NCBI GenBank assembly: GCA_963805975.1
Contig: CAWDVR010000004.1
Span: 1 to 64,000, forward strand
Direction: 5' to 3'
DNA from: an uncultured Acidobacteriota bacterium
Lineage (GTDB): Bacteria > Acidobacteriota > Thermoanaerobaculia > Multivoradales > SZUA-115
Length of the DNA stretch: 64,000 bases
Below, one piece after another: positions 31,530 through 41,273 of this stretch; within the stretch, counting starts at the first letter, position 1; every line of letters begins with the position of its first letter. The notes under the pieces are model-generated. The model made no database searches. It was not told the origin of the DNA and saw only the letters and a program-made list of their open reading frames with translations. The position numbers and the translations under genes were made by a program.

Positions 31530-31880
31530 ATGCTCTACGAGAAGCTCAACCCGGACATGCAGCGAACGGTAGACGAGTTCACCGAGCGAATACGACCCCT
31601 CCCTTGGGCGCGGAGGAGCGATCTGCTTGTCGAGGCTTCCCAACCCTTCGCCGATCAGTTCGAGGGCGACGCGGCACGCCTGGCGAGCAAAGGCTTCTTG
31701 ACCGCGGTGATAGAGCGTCTCGCCCCCGAGCAGGTCGACGACCCACGCCAGGCCTGCCTCTTCACCCTCTCCCTCAATGCGGAGCACCGGGCCATGGCCG
31801 ACCGTTACCTGGCCACTCACCCGGAGTTGCACGAGCTGTTGGAGAGGGACAGGGCTGGGACCGAGCCTGGCGATCCCTGA
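31530..31880 (+). CDS. Hypothetical protein
   Basis: 116-aa ORF with an ATG start directly after the HNH gene. Confidence 0.55.
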   Translation: MLYEKLNPDMQRTVDEFTERIRPLPWARRSDLLVEASQPFADQFEGDAARLASKGFLTAVIERLAPEQVDDPRQACLFTLSLNAEHRAMADRYLATHPELHELLERDRAGTEPGDP

Positions 31881-32184
31881 TCGGCCACCCACTCCGAGCT
31901 CAGCTCGTCCCAAGGTAAAACCTCACGAGAAGTCGGAAGCGGCTTCAGCCCAGCCCCATAGCCTCACGCGCATGGACGTATTTGACAGCGTAGGACCAGC
32001 TAGGCAGAGTCTCTGTCGCTACCAGCAGAGGAAGTTGTGCGGAACGAGTGGAGGGGCGGCCAGACTTGGGCGGGTCCATGCGACCGACTGTCGCTGCTCC
32101 TCCCCAGAACGGGAGTGGGAGTGCGCTGTGAAAAGGCGTCGGTTCTCAGTGGATGCGAATTCCACTCGGCAACTTGTCACTCTA

Positions 32185-32484
32185 TTCCGATGGCTGCGGC
32201 GCAAGCACAAAGTGCGGGGTCCGGGCTACGCACGCTTCTCGGACCAGTACCTGCACGAGGAGCTCGGCCTCGAGCGCCTCACCGTGCGCACTCGCAGCTT
32301 CCCGTGGGCGACCGCGTGATGTCCTGTCCGAGAGCCGGATGCGGGAGATCCGCACGTCCGGTTCGACGAGCGGGGAAGAGGAGCCGGAGCTATGGCGGAG
32401 ACTGAGGCACCGGCATCACGGCGAAAGTCGCCGGTAACAGCTACTCCCTCGGCCTGGAGCTACCGCACCTCTCCTCGACTCTAC
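32185..32484 (+). mobile_element. Group II intron 3' remnant (maturase tail, domains V and VI)
   Basis: RWLRRKHK..YLHEELGL..FPWA*, then domain V GAGCCGGATGCGGGAGATCCGCACGTCCGGTTC, a long domain VI and terminal CTCTAC. Confidence 0.85.
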
Positions 32485-32762
32485 GTCGCTTCGTCCGCTT
32501 AGCCAAACCGACGGAGCCATGATTGACGCTGAAAAAATGATAGCGGGGTGATGGCTGTGCCGAGTATCTGCTGAGGGCTGAGGGATGCCGAGCGAGGCGG
32601 CAGCCAGCACGACGAAGATTGCCAGGTTAACCGCACTCACCTCGGCCGCCGCGTAATCCAAGAGGCGATTCTTAGGCCGACAGGAAGACATTCACATAAG
32701 TGACGGGATTCTTCGAGGCCATGGCCGTGCCCTTGGTACCTTGTCAGAGGAGAGAAACCGAT

Positions 32763-35700
32763 ATGTCTGAAAGGCACGAAAAGCAACGGTCCGCGAATGT
32801 GCGCTCACAGAGCGCGAAGGGTAACCGTATCGATGGCGGCGTCTTGCGATTGGCAAAGACTCTGGCCGCAGCACGCCGAATCAAGGTGGGCGAGGTGCTT
32901 GTGCCGCGAGCCGTGGCCGCTGCGGGCCGCGACCTGGAGCGCGCACGTGCGCTGGCGCGGCGAGCAATGCAGGGCGATCGAACCGCTGCAGAGCAATTCG
33001 CGGCCAAGATCGGCGGCAGCGGTCCGCTGCCCAAAGGCCACCAATTCCCGAGGCGGCCGCTCAGCCTCCGCGCCTCCGCATTGATGGCTGGCGCCCAGGC
33101 TGGTCCGGTTGCGGGAATACCGTGCCTCGGCCAAGTACACGCGGACCTCGAGCTGATTCATGCCGCGTTCAAGCTTGATGCTGAGCTAGGGTATCGTGAC
33201 GCGCGTCTGACCAGACGAGCCGGTGACTTCGTCCGCGAGCGCCGCGACCAGCTTGCCGCATTCGAACGGGACGACTGGCGGCCGAAAGCGGCGTCGACAG
33301 GCGGCCGTGGTCGAGTGGACGTGGGCGACCTTGGGCGAACCCCACAGGGCGGGCGCGGCGAATTGCCGCCGGGGACCGACCGTCCGGTCCCGGATGGCTT
33401 TGGTCCCAACTCCGGTCCGGGCAGGCTCCCACCAGGCGACAGCGTTCCACTGCTGCCACCCGACGCCAATTTACCCGGCGTGGGCGATCCACTCGAGCCG
33501 CCGCACGACGAGGATTTTTGCCTCGACATCAGCGATGTTTGCCTCCAGTTGTACCAAGATTTCGCCGCCGCCGCGTTGGCCGAGGACGATGCCCAATTGA
33601 TCGCTTCGGTAGGGCCGAACTGCCTCTGCGCCGCCGACCTCACCGACAATACGGAGTTCACCGCATGGCCCGACCCTGGACAATTCCCCGCGGATCGCGA
33701 TGACTACTCGTTGCTTTTCCGCGGCGCCGACATCACTGATCGCATCATCTCATGGCAGCCCGACGCCATTCGCTTCACCATTCCTGCCGGCTCCCGCACC
33801 GGCTACGTTGAACTCCGCCGCCCAATCAACACAGGCTCGCGGGCCATCGGCGGTACGCTGGCTAATCTGTGCGGGTTTCCTGACCTGGGAGGGGGCGGTC
33901 AGCTACCCTCCCCATCGCCGCGTGCAATTATCTCGATCATCCATCGGCCGGTCGTCGAATCGTTCACCGTGAACGGTGCCGGCGGGCCGGTTGCGGCCGA
34001 AGCGTGCACGGCGGTCTGGTTGAACTGGGCGGTGCGCCTCGAACACCAGCAGCTTGGTGCGCTGTTGCCGCCCTGCTGCACGATTCAGGTCGAAGTTCGC
34101 GATGCGGCTGGCGATGTTCTGCATCGTTCAAGCGACGAGATTGGCGGCTGGAACGACAATCCCGTCGACGACATCCGCTACCGGATCGTCGCGACAAGCA
34201 TGGCCGGGAACCACGCGTGTGGCACCGACCAGTCAGGCTGGATCGACGTCGGCCGTGAACACCGCTTATACGTCGAACCCGGGGAGCCGGCGAGCGCCTC
34301 CATAGTCGCCGCCAAGCCGGGCACACTGATGATCCGGCTCTCGTGTCCGGCGCCAGCGGCTGGCGCGCTGGTTATGCTAAGCTCGAGCAACCGTGACGTG
34401 CTGCATGTGCCCAACACGGTGACTGTGCTGCCCGGCGAGCGCTCAGCGATCGTTCAGTTCGCGACCTCTCGTGCTCGTTTCGGTCGCGTGGCAATCACCG
34501 CACGTTTGGCCAACCATCACGACGGTGTGCTGGATTACGAAGTGGTCGAGAATCTGACCGCGATTGTATTGTCGGGGGGCGGCGCAAAGGGCAGCTTCGA
34601 GGTCGGCGCGCTACTGTATCTGCGCGAGATCTGGAACGAGATTACGCCGCGGATCATCTGCGGCACCTCGGTAGGGGCCATCAATGCCCTCGGTCTGGCA
34701 GAAGCCACCCATTCCGGCGGTGTCGACAAGATTGAACGGATCTGGCTTGGCCTCCAATTCAATACGGACATGTATGTGCCGTCGCTGGAACTGCAGCGGG
34801 CCTCCGAGATCCTGGAAGTGCCGATCGCCGATATTCTCCTGCGCGGCAAGAGCTTCGGTGGCTTTGGCGATCTGTATCTCAATCTCATCGAGGTCACGCC
34901 AGAGGCGGCTGCCTGGGCGGCGACTGGCCTGGTAGTTGCCGGTCAGGTTGGCGCCCTTGTCGGCGGCCTCGCTCAGGTCTTCATCGACGAACCGGCCGAC
35001 AAGGTCGACGATGCGGTCCAGGAACTGAAACGAGCGAACTATCTTCTTGATCTGACGCCCACCCAAGACAAGATTACAGCGACCGATGGCTCTGGTATCG
35101 ATCTCGATGGCATCGCCAGCTCCGGCATGAAGCTGCGCCTGGCAACTGTAGCGCTGGAGGATGGCAAGCTCTATTACGTAACTGAAGCCTCCCGGTTGAT
35201 TCGCGGCAATGCACGCCGCTTGGAGTTCGACGAACCTATTACTGCCACGGGCGTGCATCCGCTAGTGGACGGCGCCATGGCGTCGTCCGCAATTCCGGTC
35301 TTCTTCCAGCCGCGCCGCATCAGCACAGTCACCACCTCAATGTTCCACGTGGACGGCGGCGTGCGCGAGGTACTGCCATCCCAGGTGGCGGTCGAGCTTG
35401 GTGCGCAGCTACTGTTCACCATCGCGGCCGGGCCGAGCGCTCCGTCAATGGCGAAACTTTCAGTGAACGCAGAAGTCGCCGGCTCGTCCAACCCTCTGCT
35501 AGGCACGCCAGGCCGATCGTTCGGCGATCCAGGCCGTCTCTTCGAAATAGGCCAACGTGGCATCGACCTCGCCGTCAATGAGGTGTTGTCCGAAGAGCGG
35601 CTTCCACGAGCCGGCTTCTGCGATGACCGCGAGCGCGTGCTGATCCAACCTTCGTTCGAGGTACACGACACCATCGAAATAGATCCCGGACTGATCCGTA

Positions 35701-36218
35701 TCAACATGGCCTACGGTTTCTTCCGGGCTTTCGACGCAGACCAGTTTCGTCGCGGCAACCTCAACGTGATCCAGTATTATCTGTGGCAGCTATGGACCGA
35801 CGACTTAATTAGAACCCGCGGCGAATGTCATGCGGTCGAGATGAACGGAGAAATGCGGTATGCGCGCGGGACCAGGCTCTTTCACCACAACACGCTGCAG
35901 GCCATCCGGGAGCGAAAGAACCACATCGCCGAGTTGATCGAAACACGCTTCGACACGTTCGGCGCCGCTGCATTTCCGCGCCAATTCGTGAGCGCTGTGA
36001 TGGGCAATCACAGCGTGCTGAGTTGGTGCGACACCTGGGAGATACATCAGGATCCGCATCGCAGCTTCCTCAACGGCATCGACCTGTGGCAGCCGCAGAT
36101 GCTGGAGTATCCGATGTGGGTCGAGGACGGCACCAGCTACCCGGCGATTCTCGAACCTACTGTGCTGGGCAAGTACCCGTTACCGGTGGGTATGCGCGAC
36201 GGTTTGCTGTTACGTTAG
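32763..36218 (+). CDS. Large multidomain patatin-like phospholipase
   Basis: LSGGGAKG, GTSVG, ASSAIP, VDGG. N-terminal Pro/Gly-rich linker and Cys-containing beta-rich (Ig/IPT-like) segments. Confidence 0.85.
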   Translation: MSERHEKQRSANVRSQSAKGNRIDGGVLRLAKTLAAARRIKVGEVLVPRAVAAAGRDLERARALARRAMQGDRTAAEQFAAKIGGSGPLPKGHQFPRRPLSLRASALMAGAQAGPVAGIPCLGQVHADLELIHAAFKLDAELGYRDARLTRRAGDFVRERRDQLAAFERDDWRPKAASTGGRGRVDVGDLGRTPQGGRGELPPGTDRPVPDGFGPNSGPGRLPPGDSVPLLPPDANLPGVGDPLEPPHDEDFCLDISDVCLQLYQDFAAAALAEDDAQLIASVGPNCLCAADLTDNTEFTAWPDPGQFPADRDDYSLLFRGADITDRIISWQPDAIRFTIPAGSRTGYVELRRPINTGSRAIGGTLANLCGFPDLGGGGQLPSPSPRAIISIIHRPVVESFTVNGAGGPVAAEACTAVWLNWAVRLEHQQLGALLPPCCTIQVEVRDAAGDVLHRSSDEIGGWNDNPVDDIRYRIVATSMAGNHACGTDQSGWIDVGREHRLYVEPGEPASASIVAAKPGTLMIRLSCPAPAAGALVMLSSSNRDVLHVPNTVTVLPGERSAIVQFATSRARFGRVAITARLANHHDGVLDYEVVENLTAIVLSGGGAKGSFEVGALLYLREIWNEITPRIICGTSVGAINALGLAEATHSGGVDKIERIWLGLQFNTDMYVPSLELQRASEILEVPIADILLRGKSFGGFGDLYLNLIEVTPEAAAWAATGLVVAGQVGALVGGLAQVFIDEPADKVDDAVQELKRANYLLDLTPTQDKITATDGSGIDLDGIASSGMKLRLATVALEDGKLYYVTEASRLIRGNARRLEFDEPITATGVHPLVDGAMASSAIPVFFQPRRISTVTTSMFHVDGGVREVLPSQVAVELGAQLLFTIAAGPSAPSMAKLSVNAEVAGSSNPLLGTPGRSFGDPGRLFEIGQRGIDLAVNEVLSEERLPRAGFCDDRERVLIQPSFEVHDTIEIDPGLIRINMAYGFFRAFDADQFRRGNLNVIQYYLWQLWTDDLIRTRGECHAVEMNGEMRYARGTRLFHHNTLQAIRERKNHIAELIETRFDTFGAAAFPRQFVSAVMGNHSVLSWCDTWEIHQDPHRSFLNGIDLWQPQMLEYPMWVEDGTSYPAILEPTVLGKYPLPVGMRDGLLLR

Positions 36219-36220
36219 CC

Positions 36221-36460
36221 GGTGTACCGTCAACCTCATGCGCGACACTGAGCTATATGGGAAGATTCTCAGCATCGAGTCTCCGTGGCAGGTCGACGAG
36301 GTGGAGCTCGACGGCTCTGGCGGCGAGGTGCGAGTTCATCTGAGCCACGGCAAGCCGGGGCCGCCGTGTTCTGAATGTGGCGGGCCGGCCTGGGGCTACG
36401 GCAGCCGGTTTCGGCGCTGGCGACACCTCGACACCTGCCAGTTGCGGACGATCCTGGGTG
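36221..36460 (+). mobile_element. ISL3-family 5' remnant
   Basis: MRDTELYGKIL..PWQV..CSECG..RRWRHLDTCQ..T.L, then truncated. Confidence 0.8.
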
Positions 36461-36549
36461 GCGCAAGGCAAACGAGGATCGCTCGCTGCACGAGGTGCCG
36501 GTTCACGCGGAGCTGCTATGGCGCGTCGAGGAACCGGGACCGTCGCCCA

Positions 36550-37425
36550 AACAGTGAGAGGTCTTGGAGCTTCTCATTCTTCAGCTCGCACCTCGCGTCC
36601 GCCTGGGCGACTCCCCGGCCCGCTGGAGCGATTCGCCGCTGTGAAGGGGACCTTGATGTTGGAAGTCACTCTCCACGCGAATGGGACGTTCGATCTGAAG
36701 TGGTACCTCCTTGGCCAAGTCTATGTGAACCCGCTTCGAGGCAGATGGTCAGACCGTAACAATAGATACGTGACTCTAAACTGGGCGGGAGAGGATCGTT
36801 ACGGTTTCACCTACGAATCCGGGCATCTTGCCTTCTACCATCATCCTAGCCCTAGTGGAGTAGTAGATGAGCGCACAGCGCTTAGATTCGTGCTGCAAAG
36901 GACCGCGTCTGCGTTAACCGATCGCGAGGAAGCTACAGTAGCCCTTATTGCGGCAGTCAAGGTTCATGACCTTGATTCGGTGCGTCGGTACGCGAGAAAC
37001 GGCGGGAACCTCAACGCAGTCGACGACATGGGGTGGCCCATGCTCCGGTACGCGGTATTCCATGACCAAGCTGACCTTGCCGTGTTGCTCCTAGAACTTG
37101 GGGCAGATCCAGACGTCCATGATGGACTCGGCGGCTCCCCCCTTCATGCAGCGGCCGAAAAGAATCGTATAGAGTTGGCGCGACTCCTTATCCCGAGGGG
37201 TGCGGACGTAAATGCACGCTCGATATCGGTTGGACTCCGCTTCACGAGGCCGCATCGAACGGTTTGGAGGAATTCGTACGACTTCTTCTCTCGAATCATG
37301 CAGACGTAAACGCGATCCAGGACCTCAATGGAACTCCGCTTGACATGGCTGAGAGATGGGACAGGCCCAACGTAGTCACGACGCTACTCGGACATGGTGC
37401 GAGACGACGGGACGAGCTTAGATGA
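36550..37425 (+). CDS. Ankyrin-repeat protein, frameshifted; probable cassette
   Basis: LLLELGADPD, GSPLHAAA, GADVNA, WTPLHEAA, GTPLDMA. R'' GGCTAAC at 37454-37460. Start uncertain. Confidence 0.7.
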
Positions 37426-37463
37426 GCCTCGGTGAGGGATCCGCAGTCCGTTGGGCTAACATG

Positions 37464-37626
37464 TATGAGGCCCCCGCCTGTCAAGGGCAAGCTGCTCCGC
37501 AGGCGATCTCTGGGACGGTAGGTCGCCAGGGAAGCAGAAGCCAGTGAGAGGATCGCTACTGCTCCACTTGGTTTCGCCTCGGCGCAGCGTGATGGAATCG
37601 TCTGCGCCAAACACGTATCGAAGCTC
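37464..37626 (-). mobile_element. Orphan IS110/IS1111-type right end, type A copy 3 (may extend to about 37790)
   Basis: Homologous to 777-939 and at the same 3-nt offset from R''. Confidence 0.65.
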
Positions 37627-37963
37627 TGACGCCGGCCAAGCGGCGTCGCCGAAACCCTCTGGACTCTGGTGGCTTAGAAACGATTCGGTGGCCTCGGGCT
37701 AGCCCCCTATCACGCGGACCTCTTTGGAGCGGGCAACGCCAGTTACTGTGTCGGGAGCACGCCGTCCGAAGAACTTGTGCCTACGCCCTAGAACCCACAG
37801 TCGAGGTAGGTCGCTTCCGGTGCTTCGATTGGGATGCGAATAAGACTGATCAGCTCGACGCTGGCAATGCAAGGACAGCGATAGGCACCCACATGGGTAC
37901 TTGCATTCTGCTTTGTTGATCTCGCTTGTCGTTAGTCATGTGCCTCAACCGTCCTTTCCTGAC

Positions 37964-38064
37964 GCCGAACGTCCTTGAGCTCAGGCGCAGCACTTGAGGT
38001 CTGACTCGAGCCGCAGGCCCGAGAGGAAGGCTGATGGTGCTGCGCCTGCGGCGAATTGTTCGGC
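37964..38064 (-). other. attC site
   Basis: Minus strand GCCGAAC..CAGGCGCAGCAC...GTGCTGCGCCTGA..GTTCGGC. Confidence 0.85.
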
Positions 38065-38088
38065 GGCAGCCTTCCTGACTCCTAGCCA

Positions 38089-38943
38089 TCAACGGTATGG
38101 CGAAGAGGATCTCCTCACTGAGACTCCCTTGAGACCTCGCCGCACCAGCTCCTTACGCACTTCCGACACGGGATGCGGATTCCGAGGGCCAAGCACTACG
38201 CCGCTGATCACCTGGCCAGGGTCCATCGCAATCGCTATATAGGGTGTCGGCACACCCCGCGACAAACGATAACAGATCGGCACTGCCGCTACGACATCGA
38301 TCGCGCCTATGTGTCCGCCCGGGTCTTCAAGGACGCCATCTCGCTCGACCAGGAGATGGACGAGGCGCACCTCCTGCTCCTCGAAGAAGCTCGGATGCTT
38401 CAACGAGAGAAGATCCACAGCGAGCCAAGGCAAGTTCTCGATGACAGCCTGAGCGCCGGCCGCGCCCCTAGCCCACCAGGAGGCGAACAGCTTCAGACTC
38501 GCCCGTACAAGTCGCCCCTGTCTCTTTCTGTCGTACTCCACTAGCTTCATGCGTACGGGGAGGTTGGCTCCCAAGCGAACGGCATTGAATTGGATGGCCA
38601 CGCCTTCGCCATCAGTAGCGTAGGCTCGCCATTGACTGAGCAGATCGCCGTTACGCGACAGACTAAACACTAGCGGCAGCACGTTCAGATGCGTCCCGAC
38701 CATGACGATTCGCACCGCCAGCGGGAAGTCCCCTGGATATCGGAACTTGTTCCTCTGGAGCTCGCGAAGCAGGATCTGCCGACCCCACAGCAACTCCACC
38801 GAATCGTTAAGGCACTTGATACTTGACAACCAGAGCGAGCAACTATCGAGAATAGCCCACAGCGTCGCTGTGGGGCAGTAGTGAAAGAGCTTCTCTCCAG
38901 GGAGTGGCTCGAAGCTCAGAGACGATAGGTCAAGGGCTGACAC
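38089..38943 (-). CDS. DUF2971 protein, cassette
   Basis: LFHY, LNDSVE, FSLS..GDLLSQWRAYA..GVAI, KH..F.EEQEVR, VVLGP. Confidence 0.9.
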   Translation of the reverse strand: MSALDLSSLSFEPLPGEKLFHYCPTATLWAILDSCSLWLSSIKCLNDSVELLWGRQILLRELQRNKFRYPGDFPLAVRIVMVGTHLNVLPLVFSLSRNGDLLSQWRAYATDGEGVAIQFNAVRLGANLPVRMKLVEYDRKRQGRLVRASLKLFASWWARGAAGAQAVIENLPWLAVDLLSLKHPSFFEEQEVRLVHLLVERDGVLEDPGGHIGAIDVVAAVPICYRLSRGVPTPYIAIAMDPGQVISGVVLGPRNPHPVSEVRKELVRRGLKGVSVRRSSSPYR

Positions 38944-39003
38944 ACTCTTCTAGCTCGCGCTTCTCAAACTTGCGAGAGCTCCTCGACCAGTCTTGCAAGT
39001 GCC

Positions 39004-39095
39004 GCCGAAAGTCAAGCATCAGCGCGCGCGCGACGGCGTGAAGGAAAAACGGAACTATTCCGCTGCGCGCGCTCCGCTGCATGCGCTAGTTCGGC
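39004..39095 (-). other. attC site with degenerate R' (TTTCGGC)
   Basis: Minus strand GCCGAAC..CAGCGGAGCGCGCG...CGCGCGCGCTGA..TTTCGGC. Confidence 0.8.
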
Positions 39096-39100
39096 GCTGT

Positions 39101-40222
39101 CTATCCGTAGGCAAGTTTCCAAACAGGAGTTCTCCGGCTGAGATAGGGGCTCAGTACTGAGAATGGAATAGTCGCTTGTGCGATCTTGACAACGAATGGT
39201 CCAACAAATGAGAACGACAAGCCTTCCTTAGTCACATTGAACAGCTTGAATCGGGAAGCATCGTCACTCTGCCAATCGTCGATAACAGGACTGAAGGTCG
39301 CCAAATCGAATTCGCCTTCGAACTCTTTCTTGATCTGCTCGTCGCAGAGCTCGATCAAGCGCGGGACAAAGTTGGTGTCGTACTCAAAGATGTCGTCTAC
39401 CAGGAGTTCAGCGACGGGCTTGAGAGTGAACGTAAGTGTACGACGCCAAAAGTTCGGATGGGCCGCCGGATAGTTGTAGTTTGAGAGATCAAACACGACG
39501 CTTACGAGCTCGGCAGACGCGTATGTAACCTGGGAGACACCTTCCAGAGTGGAGGTCGGCACGATTGGATGATCCTCGGTGCCCAATGTCTCACTGAACA
39601 GAACACGGCGAGCCCCATGAGCCTCGTCGAGCATGCGGCTCTTGATACGAGCGTTCACCTCATCGAGACCCAGGTCAACCGGGCCCTCAATCTGTGGGTA
39701 CTCGAGAGAGATGTCATATTGGCGTGTCGAGTCGGACTGATCAACAAGGCTCTCGTGACGAATGGTGATCCCTCCACCCGCAGCTTCGCGCTTCTCTTCA
39801 GCACGCCTAAGACGTCGCGCTCCTTCGTCAACTGCTGCACAGAGCCTGTTGAATCCATCCTCTGAGAAGAGGTCGACCCACTCGAAGTCGGACAGCGACT
39901 CAGGAACTTCGCAGTTTTCAAGTCGAGCTGGAATGATGTAGATGTCGTCATCGAACTTCTGCTGCCAGACGGAAAGTGCTTGGCGGATCTCTTTCTGAAG
40001 AAAGCCGCGTTTGCCAATTGATCGAGGCGAGAGAAGGGCTATGAAGAGTTCGGCTCGCTTTACGGCACGCCAAATGCTCTGCTCCCACTTCTCGCCTGGT
40101 AGAATGTCTCGCTTGTCCATCCAGGGCTGATACCCAGAATCCTGAAGCTGTCGGTAGAGAGCATCGACGGCCTCGTAGTCCTCGCTCGCGTAGCTCAGAA
40201 ACAGACGAATGGGCTGTGGCAA
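39101..40222 (-). CDS. TIR domain fused to a DUF4163/DUF3298 (RsiV/PdaC-like) domain, cassette
   Basis: LFLSYASED, PWMDKRDILPGEKW, FLQKEI; then YPQI..VN..I, LVSV..Y..AAHPN..TF, DDIF, FNVTKEGLSF. Confidence 0.75.
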   Translation of the reverse strand: MPQPIRLFLSYASEDYEAVDALYRQLQDSGYQPWMDKRDILPGEKWEQSIWRAVKRAELFIALLSPRSIGKRGFLQKEIRQALSVWQQKFDDDIYIIPARLENCEVPESLSDFEWVDLFSEDGFNRLCAAVDEGARRLRRAEEKREAAGGGITIRHESLVDQSDSTRQYDISLEYPQIEGPVDLGLDEVNARIKSRMLDEAHGARRVLFSETLGTEDHPIVPTSTLEGVSQVTYASAELVSVVFDLSNYNYPAAHPNFWRRTLTFTLKPVAELLVDDIFEYDTNFVPRLIELCDEQIKKEFEGEFDLATFSPVIDDWQSDDASRFKLFNVTKEGLSFSFVGPFVVKIAQATIPFSVLSPYLSRRTPVWKLAYG

Positions 40223-40268
40223 TCTTGTGGACCTCCGTCAGAGAGTGACCCGGACCTATGCGCGAGGC

Positions 40269-40333
40269 GCCGAACGGTCCGCCGATAAGCTGCGGGCGCC
40301 GAAGGCGACCGCCGCTTCATCGGCTTGTTAGAC
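40269..40333 (-). other. attC site
   Basis: Minus strand GTCTAAC (overlaps the stop codon)..AAGCGGCG...CGCAGCTTA..GTTCGGC. R'' is complementary to the attI core GTTAGAC. Confidence 0.9.
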
Positions 40334-41092
40334 AGCCCCCTTCCGCCCTCGATCGGATGTCTCAAAGTGCATCCTCTCCATGAAGATGTAGAAGAGATTC
40401 GCCTTCCTTCCTAACTCGCTCGACAGGTTGACGAGGTCCTCTTCGTAGACCGTTCGCTTGTAGGTCTCTTGGCAGGCCTTGAGCGTGGCGCGAACCCGAG
40501 TCGCGCCCCATGCGTCCTGGTTATTTTCACCCAGTCGCTGGATCTCTCTCGGCAGGAGCTTGTCGAACCATTTGAACCACCGAGTGAGAAGGGCATTTCC
40601 TTCGGTCGGAGTGATCGCCGCTTGATGGCCGACGATGCGCGGACCCTCTTCGGTCCATTCCACTGACAGGCCGCGACCTCGCTTTGGCTTCTCACCACGA
40701 ACCCCCATCGCATTGAGAAGGCCACGAACATTCAAGGAGAAGCCCCTGGGATCGCGGAAATCCGCGTACAGTTTGTCCCCCAATGGCGATGGCATGGGTG
40801 TCTCATCGACCCGCACCGGTAAGACCGACACCGACTGCCGTGAAAGTTCCTTTGACATAGCCAGGCTTAGTTCCTTCTGCACCCAGGGCGAGCGCGCTGC
40901 GTTTTTCGACATGACCACGATGACGAAGTCGACATCACGGATCGCTTCGGCGACACGATCGATAATCGAGTCGCCGATGCGAAGCTTCGCTTCGTCCAAC
41001 CACACTGAGATGCCGTGCGCGGCAAGCCTCTTCGCAAGCCGCCTGGCAAACGGCTTGTCGTGGGTGTTGTGGCTGAGGAATACAGAGGGCAT
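40328..41092 (-). CDS. TIR-domain protein with an unknown C-terminal domain, first cassette
   Basis: VFLSHN..DK.FARRL, VWLDE..IGDS, SPWVQKEL, LYADF. Confidence 0.9.
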   Translation of the reverse strand: MPSVFLSHNTHDKPFARRLAKRLAAHGISVWLDEAKLRIGDSIIDRVAEAIRDVDFVIVVMSKNAARSPWVQKELSLAMSKELSRQSVSVLPVRVDETPMPSPLGDKLYADFRDPRGFSLNVRGLLNAMGVRGEKPKRGRGLSVEWTEEGPRIVGHQAAITPTEGNALLTRWFKWFDKLLPREIQRLGENNQDAWGATRVRATLKACQETYKRTVYEEDLVNLSSELGRKANLFYIFMERMHFETSDRGRKGAV

Positions 41093-41112
41093 CGCCAGTG
41101 CCTCTCGGGGCT

Positions 41113-41190
41113 GTCTAACTAGTGCATCTACATTGGACGGGTTCAGCGTTCCAGGATCCCTAGACTCGCACTCGTTCGCTGAAGCTCCGA
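41113..41190 (-). other. Putative attI site, copy 2
   Basis: GTTAGAC core; GTGCATCTACATT.GACGGGT.CAG shared with 11606-11680. Confidence 0.75.
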
Positions 41191-41245
41191 GAGGGGGCAG
41201 AGCGTCGCCCACTCGAAGCGCTTTCGGATGCCAGTAGTTAGGAGC

Positions 41246-41273
41246 ATTCTATGCCTACTTCAATAGGAGTCAA
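41246..41273 (-). promoter_or_regulatory. Sigma70-type cassette promoter (Pc-like)
   Basis: TTGACT-N16-TAGAAT facing attI. Confidence 0.8.

Noticed and set aside
32185-32484. Retron, DGR or attC-targeting IIC intron
   Set aside because: No RT domain remains, no template/variable repeat pair is seen, and the 3' flank is not a recognisable attC.
39101-41092. Canonical Thoeris, CBASS or Pycsar call for the TIR genes and patatin
   Set aside because: No ThsA (SIR2/Macro), CD-NTase or cyclase gene is recognisable in the window.
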